A stretch of 64,000 nucleotides of DNA from assembly GCA_016187125.1 (NCBI GenBank), contig JACPKF010000001.1, forward strand, positions 302,178 through 366,177. The letters run 5' to 3'. Made by a program: the position numbers and the translations under genes. The notes below the pieces were generated by a model. It was not told the origin of the DNA. It was given only the letters and a program-made list of their open reading frames with translations, and did not search any database. Below, piece by piece: positions 19,209 through 29,852 of the stretch (position 1 is its first letter; every line of letters starts with the position of its first letter). Source of the DNA: Candidatus Saccharimonadota bacterium. Its GTDB lineage: Bacteria > Patescibacteriota > Saccharimonadia > Saccharimonadales > UBA10212.

Positions 19209-19630
19209 TTGCTACAAGGATTATCCTTGTAGCAATTGTAGCAACTAGTGGTCTCGCTTCCTTGAGCAACAAAAATCCCCCGTTATAGACCCGCGGGGGA
19301 TTTTTGTTTATCAAGTTTTGTTTTTCCCATCCCAAGCCCCAAAGATACCTTGGCGGATGAAGAAAGAGAGCGGTCAGTCACGACTTGTCCCGTCGGATTT
19401 CCGCTTCCGAGCAGTCTGTAATCAGATTGCGAGGAAGAGCGAAACCCTGTGGGATTACTCTATTGATCCTATCTGTTAGGCTAGCACAGTTTGGCTAATT
19501 CCGCAAGCCCAGTAATAGACTTTCGCGCATTCACCTCTAGTGAACTATATCCACAAAGTGGATAATCGCGAAAGCTCACTCCTGGGCAAGTGCTTATCCA
19601 TGGATTGGTCCGCTAAAAACAGCAGCTAGT

Positions 19631-20794
19631 TTAGCTGCGTCGGCGAGTCACAAAGTAGTGACTCACGCCGGCAAAGGTGCTTACCCCGGCGAACAAAGCA
19701 GCAAGGCTGCCAGTACCCGTGTTAGGCAAAGTTTTGCCTACTTGGGGAGTGGTAGGAGGATAGCTAGGAGGACTAGGAGGATAAGTGGGAGGAGTCGTTG
19801 GGGGAGCAGGCTTGGCAGGAGGCGGAGTTACAGGAGGTGTTGAAGGAGGTGGGGGCGGCGTGGCAAAGCTTACTTGATTTGAACAATAGTCGTATTGGAC
19901 AGCACCACCGACATTGAAGGCCAAAGTGGACCAAATGGTATATGTACCATCCTGTGTGTAAGTGTGGCTGGCCGAAGGGCTGCTGGTAAGCAGTGGGGTG
20001 CTGCCATCTCCCCAGTCAAAAGTGACGCTATTTAAAACTGCACCGCCAGTAGCTGTATAGTCTACGCTAGCGTTAACCTTACGATTTGGCAGAACTGCCA
20101 CGTTCAGCAAGTTACAAGAGTAAGCTGGTATAACTTGAGGCTGCACGTGTACTCGAACGCGGAGGGCTACCCAGCCGCTAAATTCTGCGCAACCGGGTAC
20201 GTCACCATTAACTGCATTGTAGCCAATTTGGGCGCCGCTGCCGGTAACAATACTGTCACTAAGCTGCACGTCATTAAGTGCGTTGGTTCGAAGTATGGCT
20301 GTGCCAGGCTCGTATTCAAGCGAAAATGGCTGGGAGCCGGTAAAGCCAACCGTATCAGTAACAGTGCCAGGGTTAGCATTATCAGCCGAAATAGAGGCAA
20401 TGCTCATTAGACTTGTAGCGGTATTTTGTGGCAGATTAATTTTAACTCTAGTGTTATGAGCAACTAGGCCAAGATTGGCCCCGGCATTATTGTGGAAGTA
20501 AATCCTAAGAACTAATTCTTGGTTATTGCTCACCGAGATGCTGTCAGCGTAAGTGCTAGTGCTAGCGGCGGCATCTCGAACCGTGTAAAACGCTCTTTCG
20601 TCACCGACAACTGGGTTATCGGTAATTGAGTTAAAGGTTATATAAGACGCCGGATTTTGCCAAGTAAAAGTTGTACGGTCTGGGGTCCAGCCGGCCAATA
20701 CTGATTTGCCGGTTAAGACAAAAACCAGCGTAGCAACCACCAACAAAGCACTAAGACTGCCGCGCTTGCTCTTTAAAGTTTTAAGTATATTCAT
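19631..20794 (-). CDS. Surface protein with PKD-like domain, Pro-rich linker and LPxTG anchor
   Basis: Signal peptide; FDWGDG...ASHTY; LPNTG + TM helix + RRRS. Confidence 0.8.
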   Translation of the reverse strand: MNILKTLKSKRGSLSALLVVATLVFVLTGKSVLAGWTPDRTTFTWQNPASYITFNSITDNPVVGDERAFYTVRDAAASTSTYADSISVSNNQELVLRIYFHNNAGANLGLVAHNTRVKINLPQNTATSLMSIASISADNANPGTVTDTVGFTGSQPFSLEYEPGTAILRTNALNDVQLSDSIVTGSGAQIGYNAVNGDVPGCAEFSGWVALRVRVHVQPQVIPAYSCNLLNVAVLPNRKVNASVDYTATGGAVLNSVTFDWGDGSTPLLTSSPSASHTYTQDGTYTIWSTLAFNVGGAVQYDYCSNQVSFATPPPPPSTPPVTPPPAKPAPPTTPPTYPPSPPSYPPTTPQVGKTLPNTGTGSLAALFAGVSTFAGVSHYFVTRRRS

Positions 20795-20820
20795 ATTATT
20801 ATCCTTTATTCAATTTATTC

Positions 20821-22722
20821 TTATGGTGAGGGCGGGATTTGACTAGGGGGTTGCTTTGGAGCTGGTTGTTCAGGTGCAGGGGCTGGGGCTGGGGCTGGTG
20901 CGGGTGCGGGTGCGGGTGCGGGAGTTTGGGGAGTTTGGGGAGTCTGAGGAGTTTGGGGAGTTTGGGGAGTCTGAGGAGTTTGGGGAGTTTGGGGAGTCTG
21001 AGGAGTTTGGGGAGTCTGAGGAGTTTGGGGAGTTTGGGGAGTTTGGGGAGTCTGAGGAGTTTGGGGAGTTTGGGGAGTCTGAGATGGGGCGGGAGCAAGT
21101 TGAGTAGGGGTCTCTGCAGGAGGAGCAGGTTTAGCGGCCGCCTCGCCAACTTGGAATTTTGCTACACATTCAGCCAGTCCTTCCACAGGTACAACGGATC
21201 CGTCATGGAGCCTAAATACGGCTCTGCCGTCATTGATAGCGTTAGCATATTTATGGCTGATGCCTTGCAATTGCAATTTTCCAGCCTCGGTTGAAGGATC
21301 AATCCTGACCGACTGACCATCACCAAAGTCAAGAATGATTTCCGGTTTTTTGACATTATTGAACTCGTTAGTTCTGAGGCTGAATGTGATTTCTTTTTGT
21401 CCGGTCGCAGCTGCTTCCGCAGCAGTACACTTGGCTGTCGCAGCAGGACTCGGGGTAGGCCCTGGTTTGGGAGTAGGTGCCGGTTTAGGTTTCGGTTGCG
21501 GCTTGGGTTTGGGAGTAGGTGCCGGTTTAGGTGGCTTAACCTCTTTTTCAACGTTTTTGAGTTCTACTGTAAGATCAACAGTTTTTGGATTAGAGTCGCC
21601 GTGTATGTTCAGATACACTAAGTGGGGATTTTTCTCATCGTAGTCCGGCAAATCAGTTTCATCAATAACTAATCTTGAGCCGTCTGGACAAGATGGACCT
21701 CTCTGAGGGTTTCTGAGTATTTTAACTAGCTTGTCTAAGATAAGTACGCCGTTTCTATAGCATCTTTCACGTGCTGAAAATACACCACTAGGCGCTGGTA
21801 TTGGAAACTCACGAGTAGTCACCAATGTTTTGTGAAATTCAGGAGTAACAGGAGCGGGCACCTTGGCGGCTGGACCTTGTGGACCGGGTTTGCCCTGTTT
21901 ACCCTGTGGGCCAGTTTTGCCAGCTGGACCCTGTGGGCCAGGTTTGCCAGCTGGACCTTGTGGACCGGGTTTGCCCTGTTTACCCTGTGGGCCAGTTTTG
22001 CCAGCTGGACCCTGTGGGCCAGGTTTGCCTGAAGGGCCAGGTTTGCCTGGAGGACCCTGTGGGCCAGATTTGCCGGGTGCAGAAGGGGTTTGTGTTTTTT
22101 TGACAGGAACGTAGACCCATACAGGGACTTCTTTGCCTGTCCGTGGATTTGAACTCTCATCACTAGCACCCTCGCCGACAATTCTTTCAACTCTTTTGGA
22201 GCCTTCACGAGGGGTAAGAGAAAAACCTTCAGGAAACTCTCCTTTCAAGGAATCGATTCTAACCCATTCTGTAGAACCATCTGGCAGAGTTTTGTTACCA
22301 ACCGGTACAATCTTGCCATCCTTACAGCCTGTGTTTTGAACTACGGCACCACCAGCAAGGGTAGCCCGGCCGAAATGATTTTTTACATATCCTAGTACAG
22401 ACTCATCAACGGTTGGAATTTTATAGAATCTCACGACATCATCTAAAATACCTTTTTGCCGCCAGTGATTAACTAAAATTTCTGCCGTCGGTGCAAAGCC
22501 GCCGCAACGATCAGCCAAGAGACTAGGCGTAGCTTCTTTCAAAGGAGCGGCTTCAGCATTGCCGCTAAATTTGCCAACACCTGCTATAGTAGCAACGGCT
22601 GCTAGCCCACTAGCCATAAACATCGCTAGCTTACCTCTGCGGTCGGGAGTGGCTGTCGGTTCAGTCTCAAAAGCAGGAACCAGAGTTAAGACTGGTGCAG
22701 CTTCCATAGTAGGATGATTCAC
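20821..22722 (-). CDS. Collagen-like surface protein with PKD-like segment and PQT/PA repeat tail
   Basis: G-X-Y run at ~21865-22080; LDFGDG...SHKY; (PQT)n at ~20922-21080. Confidence 0.75.
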   Translation of the reverse strand: MNHPTMEAAPVLTLVPAFETEPTATPDRRGKLAMFMASGLAAVATIAGVGKFSGNAEAAPLKEATPSLLADRCGGFAPTAEILVNHWRQKGILDDVVRFYKIPTVDESVLGYVKNHFGRATLAGGAVVQNTGCKDGKIVPVGNKTLPDGSTEWVRIDSLKGEFPEGFSLTPREGSKRVERIVGEGASDESSNPRTGKEVPVWVYVPVKKTQTPSAPGKSGPQGPPGKPGPSGKPGPQGPAGKTGPQGKQGKPGPQGPAGKPGPQGPAGKTGPQGKQGKPGPQGPAAKVPAPVTPEFHKTLVTTREFPIPAPSGVFSARERCYRNGVLILDKLVKILRNPQRGPSCPDGSRLVIDETDLPDYDEKNPHLVYLNIHGDSNPKTVDLTVELKNVEKEVKPPKPAPTPKPKPQPKPKPAPTPKPGPTPSPAATAKCTAAEAAATGQKEITFSLRTNEFNNVKKPEIILDFGDGQSVRIDPSTEAGKLQLQGISHKYANAINDGRAVFRLHDGSVVPVEGLAECVAKFQVGEAAAKPAPPAETPTQLAPAPSQTPQTPQTPQTPQTPQTPQTPQTPQTPQTPQTPQTPQTPQTPQTPQTPQTPQTPAPAPAPAPAPAPAPAPEQPAPKQPPSQIPPSP

Positions 22723-23048
22723 TTTAATAATTTCCTCTTATTAATCTTGCCTATTTCTCCACCCTGCGCTTTTCCCAAGCGAGGATTACTCACACCTTAA
22801 CACTAAGGTTAGAGTTTGTCAACGATTATATAACCTTTTTTGCTAAGCACAAGCATTTTACCCTCAAAATCCCCCTAAAAATGTTAGTTATTTCACAACA
22901 TTTTATAAAATTATCAAAGCCGTCATGACGCCTGACCAGCTAGCCGATTTGCTAAGAACTCAGCTGAAAACAATAGCAGTTGCGCGGTTTCTATCAAATA
23001 CAGCCATTTGTGATAGCTTGTGATAGGTTGAACCTATCACAAGACCTA

Positions 23049-23669
23049 TCACAAATCATTAGCTAACTGATGCTTAAGCACAGCCAGTTCAGCTTTTGTC
23101 TCAACATAATCATCTAAGAATTGTTGATATTCCAAGGAGTTATTACTAAATAAGCTCAGAATAGGCTCTGGATTTACCCACGTAGTTTTTTTAATGCCCA
23201 TGTAAACCGGATAGCTTGAATATGGCCAGTGTTTGTAATCATTAGGATTGAGATGTATGTAGCGTGATATATGATGCAGATAAGCATCTGCGTCAATCCG
23301 AGAAGCTCTGTACACACCTTGAAAGAGACCGCCCACTCTTTGGTATCGGTTGTTGAAATACATAACGTAACCTGTATTAACACGTCGCATTAGTTCTATA
23401 ATGGCCGACTCTGATGACTGATAAAAAAGCAGGTGTAGGTGGTTGGGCATCAGACAATATGCCAGCAGCTTAAGCTCGCTTTGAAAATTCTTAAAAATAT
23501 GTCTGTTTTGTTTGTTAGTAGATTCCCCTGATAAGTATTTCTTCAGGAGCCCCAGAAAAATAATGTAGTCCTGCTCGTCAGTAAAAATTACCCGCTTTTC
23601 TATACCTCGATTGTAAACATGGTAATAACTATCCGGCGCAAACTCTCTAACAACATTTCTACTTGGCAT
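23049..23669 (-). mobile_element. REP-associated tyrosine (HUH/Y1) transposase, RAYT-2, with flanking REPs
   Basis: MPSRN start; YYHVYNRG, AYCLMPNHLHL, SRYIHLNP; TGTGATAGG-N5-CCTATCACA at ~23018, 23669 and 23741. Confidence 0.9.
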
Positions 23670-23789
23670 GTGATAGGTTAAACCTATCACAAAATAGGCT
23701 GGCTGTCATTTATGAGTTAGAGCAATTTTCCATGTGATAGATGTGATAGGTTTAACCTATCACATGGAAATGTCGGTTATTATTAGGAG

Positions 23790-25148
23790 ATGAAGATTGG
23801 AATTGTTGGCTGGGGCGTGGAGGGGCAAAGTGCCTACCGCTATTTTGGTCCCGAGCACCAGTACTTGATTGTCAACGAACATCCCCGGGATGATTTTCCA
23901 CCAGAGTCTGATAAGTTACAAATTAAGTTTCTAACAGAGGAGCGGCCGCCAGGTGTTACCAGTAATGTCACTGACCTATCTTATCTGGAAGGCATCGATA
24001 AGTGCGACAAAATTATTTACTCTGTTACCTCTGTTAAAAACCTCGAGCGGCGTTTTGGCGAAGACAAGAAATTTTGGCAAAAAGCCACCACTAGTCAACA
24101 CATCTTTTTTGAAGAGGTAAAGACTAAAAACATTATCGGCGTGACTGGCACTAAAGGCAAAGGCACGACTGCCACACTGATTTACCAGATGCTGAAAGCC
24201 AGTGGCTTAAAAGTATTCTTGGGTGGCAACATCGGCACCAGCATCCTAGATTTTGTGAACGATGTTAAGCCGAACGATTGGGTAGTGCTGGAGTTATCTA
24301 ATTTTCAGCTCTATAACTTTCCTTACAGCCCGCACATCGGCGTTTGTCTGATGATTACCGACGAACACCAAGACTGGCACACCAGTGTAGACGAGTATAT
24401 AAAAACTAAAATTAACCTCTTTTCGCACCAGTCTAAAGACGATATCGCCATCTATTTTGCCGATGGTGAGCTGTCAAAACAGATCGCTGGCACCTCGCCG
24501 GGGATAAAAATTCCCTACTTTGCCAAGCCCGGCGCAGTCGTTAAAGACGAGGGGGTTATTGTGGTTGGCGACCCAGAGACTGAGGTTATAAAAACTGATC
24601 AACTAAAACTGATTGGGCGGCACAATCTGGAAAATATTTGCGCTGCCGTAACAACCGTTTGGCAAGTTGTCCAAGACAAAGAAGCTATTCAAAAAGTCTT
24701 AAGCACTTTTACCGGCCTAGAGCACCGCTTAGAGTTTATTCGTGAACTTGGCAATGTCAAATATTATGATGACTCGTTTGGCACCACGCCTCAGACAGCC
24801 ATTACTGCCATGAAGGCTTTTACGCAGCCAAAAGTTATGATTTTGGGTGGTATTGATAAGGGGCTTAGCTTTGACTCTCTTGCCAACGAAGTTGTAAAAA
24901 ATAGAGTCCGTCATGCCATATTAATTGGCCATGTTGCCCCTAAGATTGCGACTTTGCTCAGGGATAACAACTTCAGCCAAATTACGACTGGGCTAAAAAA
25001 TATGGATGAGATAGTAAAAACAGCTCGTGAAGTAGCCGAACCCGGTGACGTAGTACTTCTGTCTCCAGCGTCGTCCAGTTTTGATATGTTCAAAGATTAT
25101 AAGCAAAGAGGCGAAAAATTTAAGGCCGCCGTGCGAGCCCTAGCTTAA
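23790..25148 (+). CDS. murD: UDP-MurNAc-L-Ala:D-Glu ligase
   Basis: GVTGTKGKGTT, GGNIG, LELSNFQL, HRLE, LLSPASSSFDMF. Confidence 0.95.
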   Translation: MKIGIVGWGVEGQSAYRYFGPEHQYLIVNEHPRDDFPPESDKLQIKFLTEERPPGVTSNVTDLSYLEGIDKCDKIIYSVTSVKNLERRFGEDKKFWQKATTSQHIFFEEVKTKNIIGVTGTKGKGTTATLIYQMLKASGLKVFLGGNIGTSILDFVNDVKPNDWVVLELSNFQLYNFPYSPHIGVCLMITDEHQDWHTSVDEYIKTKINLFSHQSKDDIAIYFADGELSKQIAGTSPGIKIPYFAKPGAVVKDEGVIVVGDPETEVIKTDQLKLIGRHNLENICAAVTTVWQVVQDKEAIQKVLSTFTGLEHRLEFIRELGNVKYYDDSFGTTPQTAITAMKAFTQPKVMILGGIDKGLSFDSLANEVVKNRVRHAILIGHVAPKIATLLRDNNFSQITTGLKNMDEIVKTAREVAEPGDVVLLSPASSSFDMFKDYKQRGEKFKAAVRALA

Positions 25149-25169
25149 ATAGTGGATTGTAAACTTTGA

Positions 25170-25207
25170 TACCCCACTTTTGGTCCGATCGGACCAAAAG
25201 TGGGGTA
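25170..25207. repeat. 38-bp perfect palindrome between convergent murD and murI
   Basis: TACCCCACTTTTGGTCCGA|TCGGACCAAAAGTGGGGTA. Confidence 0.9.
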
Positions 25208-25226
25208 GTTTGATTGCTATCTTAAA

Positions 25227-25871
25227 CTACGGAGAAGCTAGAATTCGTTTGAGCTGTTCAATTACCGGTCCCTCAGGTTGGATGACTTGGGCCCGGTCTT
25301 TGGCTAAATCTTTAATTAATTGTTCGATCCAGTGGTAGTGAGTGCAGCCAAGTACAATTTGGTCGGCTCCCGCATTGCGAGCCTCATTGACTATTTTTGC
25401 GATTTTTTCGCGGTCAACGCTGTTAGTCTCTACCATATAGGCCCAGTCACTGCAGTCTGGCTCTAGTACTTTAACGCTTTTGGCATACTCATCCTTGAGC
25501 CATTTGTAGCGGTCGCTGGCTAGCGTGCGAGGTGTCGCGCAAACGGCGATTACTCCCGTTTTGCTGGCCGCGGCGGCTGGCTTAACCATTGGCTCCATTC
25601 CCACTATCGGCACCGAAAACTCCGCACGTAACTGGCTGGCCAAGTTAGTGGTCACGGTGTTACAGGCAATAACAATCACCCTGCAGCCCTCATCTAAAAA
25701 ACTCTGGAAAATCGGTTTTACAAAACCATGAATTTCCTCAACTGATCTGGTGCCATAAGGCACATGCTCGGCGTCATCTTTATAAACAATTTCTAGATCC
25801 GGCAGTTCTTTTTGAATAGCCTTTACAACTGACAGTCCACCAACCCCCGAATCAAAAACGCCTATCTTCAT
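25227..25871 (-). CDS. murI: Glutamate racemase
   Basis: FDSGVGG, IACNT, LGCTHY. Confidence 0.95.
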   Translation of the reverse strand: MKIGVFDSGVGGLSVVKAIQKELPDLEIVYKDDAEHVPYGTRSVEEIHGFVKPIFQSFLDEGCRVIVIACNTVTTNLASQLRAEFSVPIVGMEPMVKPAAAASKTGVIAVCATPRTLASDRYKWLKDEYAKSVKVLEPDCSDWAYMVETNSVDREKIAKIVNEARNAGADQIVLGCTHYHWIEQLIKDLAKDRAQVIQPEGPVIEQLKRILASP

Positions 25872-25974
25872 CCCGTTAGAGTCTTTACAGTTATTTGCAA
25901 AACGATAAATGTAGTTTGAGTGCTTGACATAGTTTTATATGTAATACACACGGCGTCAGGAACTCTAACGGGAT
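25870..25974. mobile_element. ATCCCGTTAGA-TIR element, copy B, at the murI start codon
   Basis: ATCCCGTTAGAGT...ACTCTAACGGGAT. Confidence 0.75.
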
Positions 25975-26041
25975 TAACTCTTGGCACCCCAGCACCAAAG
26001 TCTTGATATTCCGAAATAGGATTATTCATCCTTTTCTCCAT

Positions 26042-26854
26042 TCATGATTTGGTACGGGGCAAGTTTTGAGCTGCTCGAATAACATTTTCGAATAACGCGC
26101 AGACCGTTAAAGGCCCTACCCCGCCCTTTTTTGGGGTGATGGTGATATCATCGCGCTCATAAAGATCGGCCGCGGCATTGCCGACGGTTTTGCCTTCTTC
26201 GTTGGCAGTGCCAGCGTCCACTATTATCACTCCCTGTTTTACCATATCGGCAGTCAAAATGCCCGCGGCGTTGGCAGCGGCAATAATTACATCGGCTCTT
26301 TTGCTCAACTCCTTGGTATTAGTAGTGTTTATATCGGCCACGTCAAGATCAATACCCGAATTTTTTAGGATTTGCTCGAGCGGTCCTCCGACTAATTTGC
26401 CCCGGCCTATCAGCAGAACTTTTTTGTCTTTTAGCTCAACGTTGTGGCCAGCCAGTAACCAAAGTATAGCCGTCGGGGTGGCAGGTTGAAATTTTGAGTT
26501 TTTGCCAAGGGCGTCAACATCTTTCTGGGGCGCAATCAGATTAACTATTTCGTCGGTTTCGTCCGGATCCTCGAGCGGTAGCTGCACAATAATCCCATAA
26601 ACACTTTTGTCGGCGTTAAGTTTGCTTAGCAAATTTGGTACTTCTTTTTGCGCAGGTCTATAGATATCTACTTCAACTCCTATATCTGTGCCGTACTTTT
26701 TCTTGAGCCGGACGTAGGTGTTGATAACCGGGTCGTCCTTAACTTGCACAATCGCCAGCTTTGGAAAAATCTTAGACTCGCGCAGCTGACGCACTTGCTG
26801 GGCGTGCCTCTGCTTTATAAAGCCTGCTAGTTCGCTGCCACTAAGAAGTTTCAT
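26042..26854 (-). CDS. folD: Methylene-THF dehydrogenase/cyclohydrolase
   Basis: GIIVQLPL, KDVD, GGVGPLTV. Confidence 0.93.
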   Translation of the reverse strand: MKLLSGSELAGFIKQRHAQQVRQLRESKIFPKLAIVQVKDDPVINTYVRLKKKYGTDIGVEVDIYRPAQKEVPNLLSKLNADKSVYGIIVQLPLEDPDETDEIVNLIAPQKDVDALGKNSKFQPATPTAILWLLAGHNVELKDKKVLLIGRGKLVGGPLEQILKNSGIDLDVADINTTNTKELSKRADVIIAAANAAGILTADMVKQGVIIVDAGTANEEGKTVGNAAADLYERDDITITPKKGGVGPLTVCALFENVIRAAQNLPRTKS

Positions 26855-27001
26855 CCTGTTATTCTAACTTATAAAATTGGGCTCCCCAAGCCGAGAGAGT
26901 TGATCTAGCTAACGCGCAGGGCTAACCCAAGATGTCCTTTGGTCCAAATCTAGCAAACTTTCCAATGAAAATGTCTCAACCTTTGGCTGAGACATTTTCA
27001 T

Positions 27002-27078
27002 TGGAGGGCCCACTGGGACTTGAACCCAGGACACTCTGCTTAAGAGGCAGATGCTCTAACCAACTGAGCTATGGGCCC
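27002..27078 (-). tRNA. tRNA-Lys(CTT)
   Basis: GGGCCCATAGCTCAG...TCTGC-CT CTT AA-GCAGA...GGGCCCTCCA. Confidence 0.95.
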
Positions 27079-27194
27079 TCGTTGCGACTTACGCGCCTAC
27101 CTCGTTTTACATAATCAGTAAAAACTTCAGTCTAGCGCTACGAGTGCTCCTCTCAATTTTGCAAAAACCTGCACTGCGTGTTTTTGCAAAATCG
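27079..27194 (-). ncRNA. Conserved two-hairpin tRNA 5'-leader element, copy 3
   Basis: CGATTTTGC...GCAAAATTG-AGAGGAG-hairpin-AACGA abutting tRNA-Lys; near-identical to 58571-58686. Confidence 0.85.
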
Positions 27195-27372
27195 TTTAGC
27201 TGCAAAGCCATCAAATACTAGCACGTTCACCCCTGTTTTGTGAAGCATTATGTACAAAATCCCTTACCTTTTTAGAGTGAAAGTAGTTTGTAATCCACGG
27301 CATGTCGCCATGGCATGCAGATTACGAAAACGCCTGCAAAAGGTGTGGGATAAACGGTGATACAATTCAGGC

Positions 27373-27894
27373 ATGGATAAATCTGAGCTAAGAGAGCAGC
27401 TAAAAGCGCGGCGGCAAAAGCTTAGTGCACGCGAAGTTAAGCATTTAAGCCAACAGATTATAAATAACTGTTGGCAGATAATTGATTGGAGGGACATTTA
27501 CTCAGTCCATAGCTACTTGCCGATTGCCAAAAACAACGAGATTGACACGCTGTCGCTGTTAAAAGCTGCCAGGCGAGTAAATCCGGAGCTTAAAATAGCC
27601 AGCTCGGACCCAAATAGCCAAACCTACTGGCTGGATTCTGACTTTCAGCCAACAAAAAAAGTTCCAAAAGATTTTCAATATGACCTGATAATTGTGCCTT
27701 TGCTGGCTTTTGATAAGTCCGGTTACCGTCTAGGTTACGGTGGCGGATTTTACGATAAATTTTTAGCCGGTCAGGAACAAGTTTTAACTATCGGCCTCTG
27801 TTATGAGTTCGGCCACTTACTTAAACTCCCACGGGAGAAGCACGATCTGCCTCTCCAAAATATAATTACCGAAAAGAACATTTATAAATTCTAG
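27373..27894 (+). CDS. 5-formyltetrahydrofolate cyclo-ligase
   Basis: DLIIVPLLAFD..GYRLGYGGGFYD. Confidence 0.92.
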   Translation: MDKSELREQLKARRQKLSAREVKHLSQQIINNCWQIIDWRDIYSVHSYLPIAKNNEIDTLSLLKAARRVNPELKIASSDPNSQTYWLDSDFQPTKKVPKDFQYDLIIVPLLAFDKSGYRLGYGGGFYDKFLAGQEQVLTIGLCYEFGHLLKLPREKHDLPLQNIITEKNIYKF

Positions 27895-28088
27895 AGCAAA
27901 CTGCAATGTTGCTACAAGTGCTACAAGAGTGCTACAAGGATTATCCATGTAGCATAAGGTTTTTACACTGGGCAGCGGAGCAGATACAATAAACCCATTA
28001 TGCTGCTGAACAAAAGAGTTACAACTTGGTCCGGCTTTGCCTGCTAATTCCTCTTCCCATTCACCATTAATTTAAGAGGAGAATTCCA

Positions 28089-28763
28089 ATGTTTAAAATT
28101 CAAAAATTTGATCTAGTTGTAGCACTTTTTATTTTTGGTGTTATGACAGCCGAGATATTCGGCTCCAAAACCTTCCCGCTGACTAACTTTAGCTGGATGC
28201 ACCTTAACGCTAGCGTGGCTATTTTTGTGCTGCCACTGCTTTTCACCCTTACTGATGTGGTAGTCGAAGTCCATGGTAGAGCCCGGGCCCGTAGCATGGT
28301 GTGGTCCGGTTTAATAGTCATAGCTCTGTTGTTGCTTTTTTCGCTTCTAGCAACCCATCTGCCACCCTCTAAAAGATTTGCAGCTTCAGAGTCCGCCTAT
28401 GATAAGATTTTTGGCTTAACAGCGCGTATTTCGGCTGCCAGTTTAGCTGCTTTTGCCATATCGGAGTTTTTGGATGTAGCGATTTTTGCTAAGCTGCGCG
28501 AAAAACTGCACAAAAAGGCGCTTTGGCTGCGTAATAATTTGTCTAATTTCATCTCAATGTTTGTCGACTCACTGGTCTTTATTTTTCTGGCCTTTTATTC
28601 GTTCAGTCACGGGCTAGGAGATAACTTGACCTTTTTGTTTGGCCTAATAATTCCCTACTGGCTGATTAAATGTTCTTTGTCTGTTTTGGAGACACCGCTG
28701 GTCTATCTAGGAGTAAGGTGGCTTAAGGAAGATAAAGCAAAAAATGTTAGTAAGACCACTTAA
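28089..28763 (+). CDS. VUT (YhhQ/QPTR)-family transporter
   Basis: Multi-TM protein; TDVVVEVHG; RISAASLAAFAISEFLDV; LWLRNNLSN. Confidence 0.85.
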   Translation: MFKIQKFDLVVALFIFGVMTAEIFGSKTFPLTNFSWMHLNASVAIFVLPLLFTLTDVVVEVHGRARARSMVWSGLIVIALLLLFSLLATHLPPSKRFAASESAYDKIFGLTARISAASLAAFAISEFLDVAIFAKLREKLHKKALWLRNNLSNFISMFVDSLVFIFLAFYSFSHGLGDNLTFLFGLIIPYWLIKCSLSVLETPLVYLGVRWLKEDKAKNVSKTT

Positions 28764-29493
28764 GACTAAAAAGATACTGCCCGGCGCTCAATCTATGGTT
28801 GAAGTCTTAGACGAAAGCTTGGAAAAAGTAGAAGAAAAAAACATTCTGGTTGTGACTTCTAAGATTGTGGCGCTATGTGAAGGCAGAGCAGTTCCCATAA
28901 AAGGTAATGATAAAGAAGAGTTAATCAAGCAAGAAGCTGATTATTACTTGCCGCGTCGATCAAGCAAGTGGAATTTTGAGTTCACCATAACCAAAAAGAC
29001 TCTAATAATGTCCGCTGGCATCGATGAATCAAACACTAACGGAAATTATTTGCTGTGGCCTAAAGATCCGCAAAAATCAGTCAATGAGATTCGATCTTAT
29101 CTGAAAAAAAGATTTAGTCTAGAAACCGTAGGCGTAATTATTACCGACAGTTCCTGCACCCCAATGCGCTGGGGGACTGTTGGTGTGCCTATCGCCTACA
29201 GTGGGTTCGAGCCCAAAAAGAACTACATCGGCACAAAAGATCTATTTGGCTATACATTAAAAGTTAGTCAGTCTAATATTGCCGGCGGCTTGGCCGCGGC
29301 GGCAGTTGTAACCATGGGAGAGGGTAAAGAGCAAACACCTTTGGCGTTAATTTCGGATATCCCGTTTGTTAGTTTTTTGGATCATGATCCAACCCAAGAG
29401 GAGTTAGATCAATACTTTATCGGCCATAAGGAAGACGATCTGTTCGAGCCATTCCTCAGTAGCGTCAAGTGGCTCCCCGGCAAAAACAAATAA
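28744..29493 (+). CDS. CofE-like gamma-glutamyl ligase
   Basis: TSKIVALCEG, AGIDESN, GVIITDS, MGEG.EQTP. Confidence 0.85.
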   Translation: MLVRPLKTKKILPGAQSMVEVLDESLEKVEEKNILVVTSKIVALCEGRAVPIKGNDKEELIKQEADYYLPRRSSKWNFEFTITKKTLIMSAGIDESNTNGNYLLWPKDPQKSVNEIRSYLKKRFSLETVGVIITDSSCTPMRWGTVGVPIAYSGFEPKKNYIGTKDLFGYTLKVSQSNIAGGLAAAAVVTMGEGKEQTPLALISDIPFVSFLDHDPTQEELDQYFIGHKEDDLFEPFLSSVKWLPGKNK

Positions 29494-29583
29494 ATTTTGG
29501 TACTCCGTGCTAAACGAGACCTGACTGCCGATAGGCAGGTTAGAATCTCGATTATTCAGTTCACTGATGGCTGAACCAGGAGT

Positions 29584-29784
29584 TTAAGCTTGTGTAGCTG
29601 AGCTGACGACAACCGGCGGCTGGCAACCGCAGTGAACATCGGCTTGACTGCAGGCCTTACACTTCATGGTGCAGTAACGGTCCGAGCCAGCGTGCTTGTG
29701 ATTTTCGTCGTGGTTATCGGACTCGCTGCCGCATATAGCACATTTCCAACCCTCGGTTTTGCCATTACATTTTGGACATTCCAT
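29584..29784 (-). CDS. Small Cys/His-rich metal-binding protein
   Basis: Three CxxC motifs plus HCGC in 66 aa; GAAGGGG Shine-Dalgarno. Confidence 0.65.
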   Translation of the reverse strand: MECPKCNGKTEGWKCAICGSESDNHDENHKHAGSDRYCTMKCKACSQADVHCGCQPPVVVSSATQA

Positions 29785-29852
29785 AGCTATTTCCCCTTCT
29801 TATTATGCTTTTATTATAGGCTACGGTAGTTATTTTACTTTTATGATTTTGT

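Noticed and set aside
20880..21085. Highly periodic tandem repeats as a possible CRISPR array
   Set aside because: 6- and 9-bp period with no spacers; in-frame PA/PQT coding repeats; no cas genes in the window.
27960..28088. preQ1 riboswitch before the VUT transporter
   Set aside because: No preQ1-type hairpin with an A-rich tail is visible.
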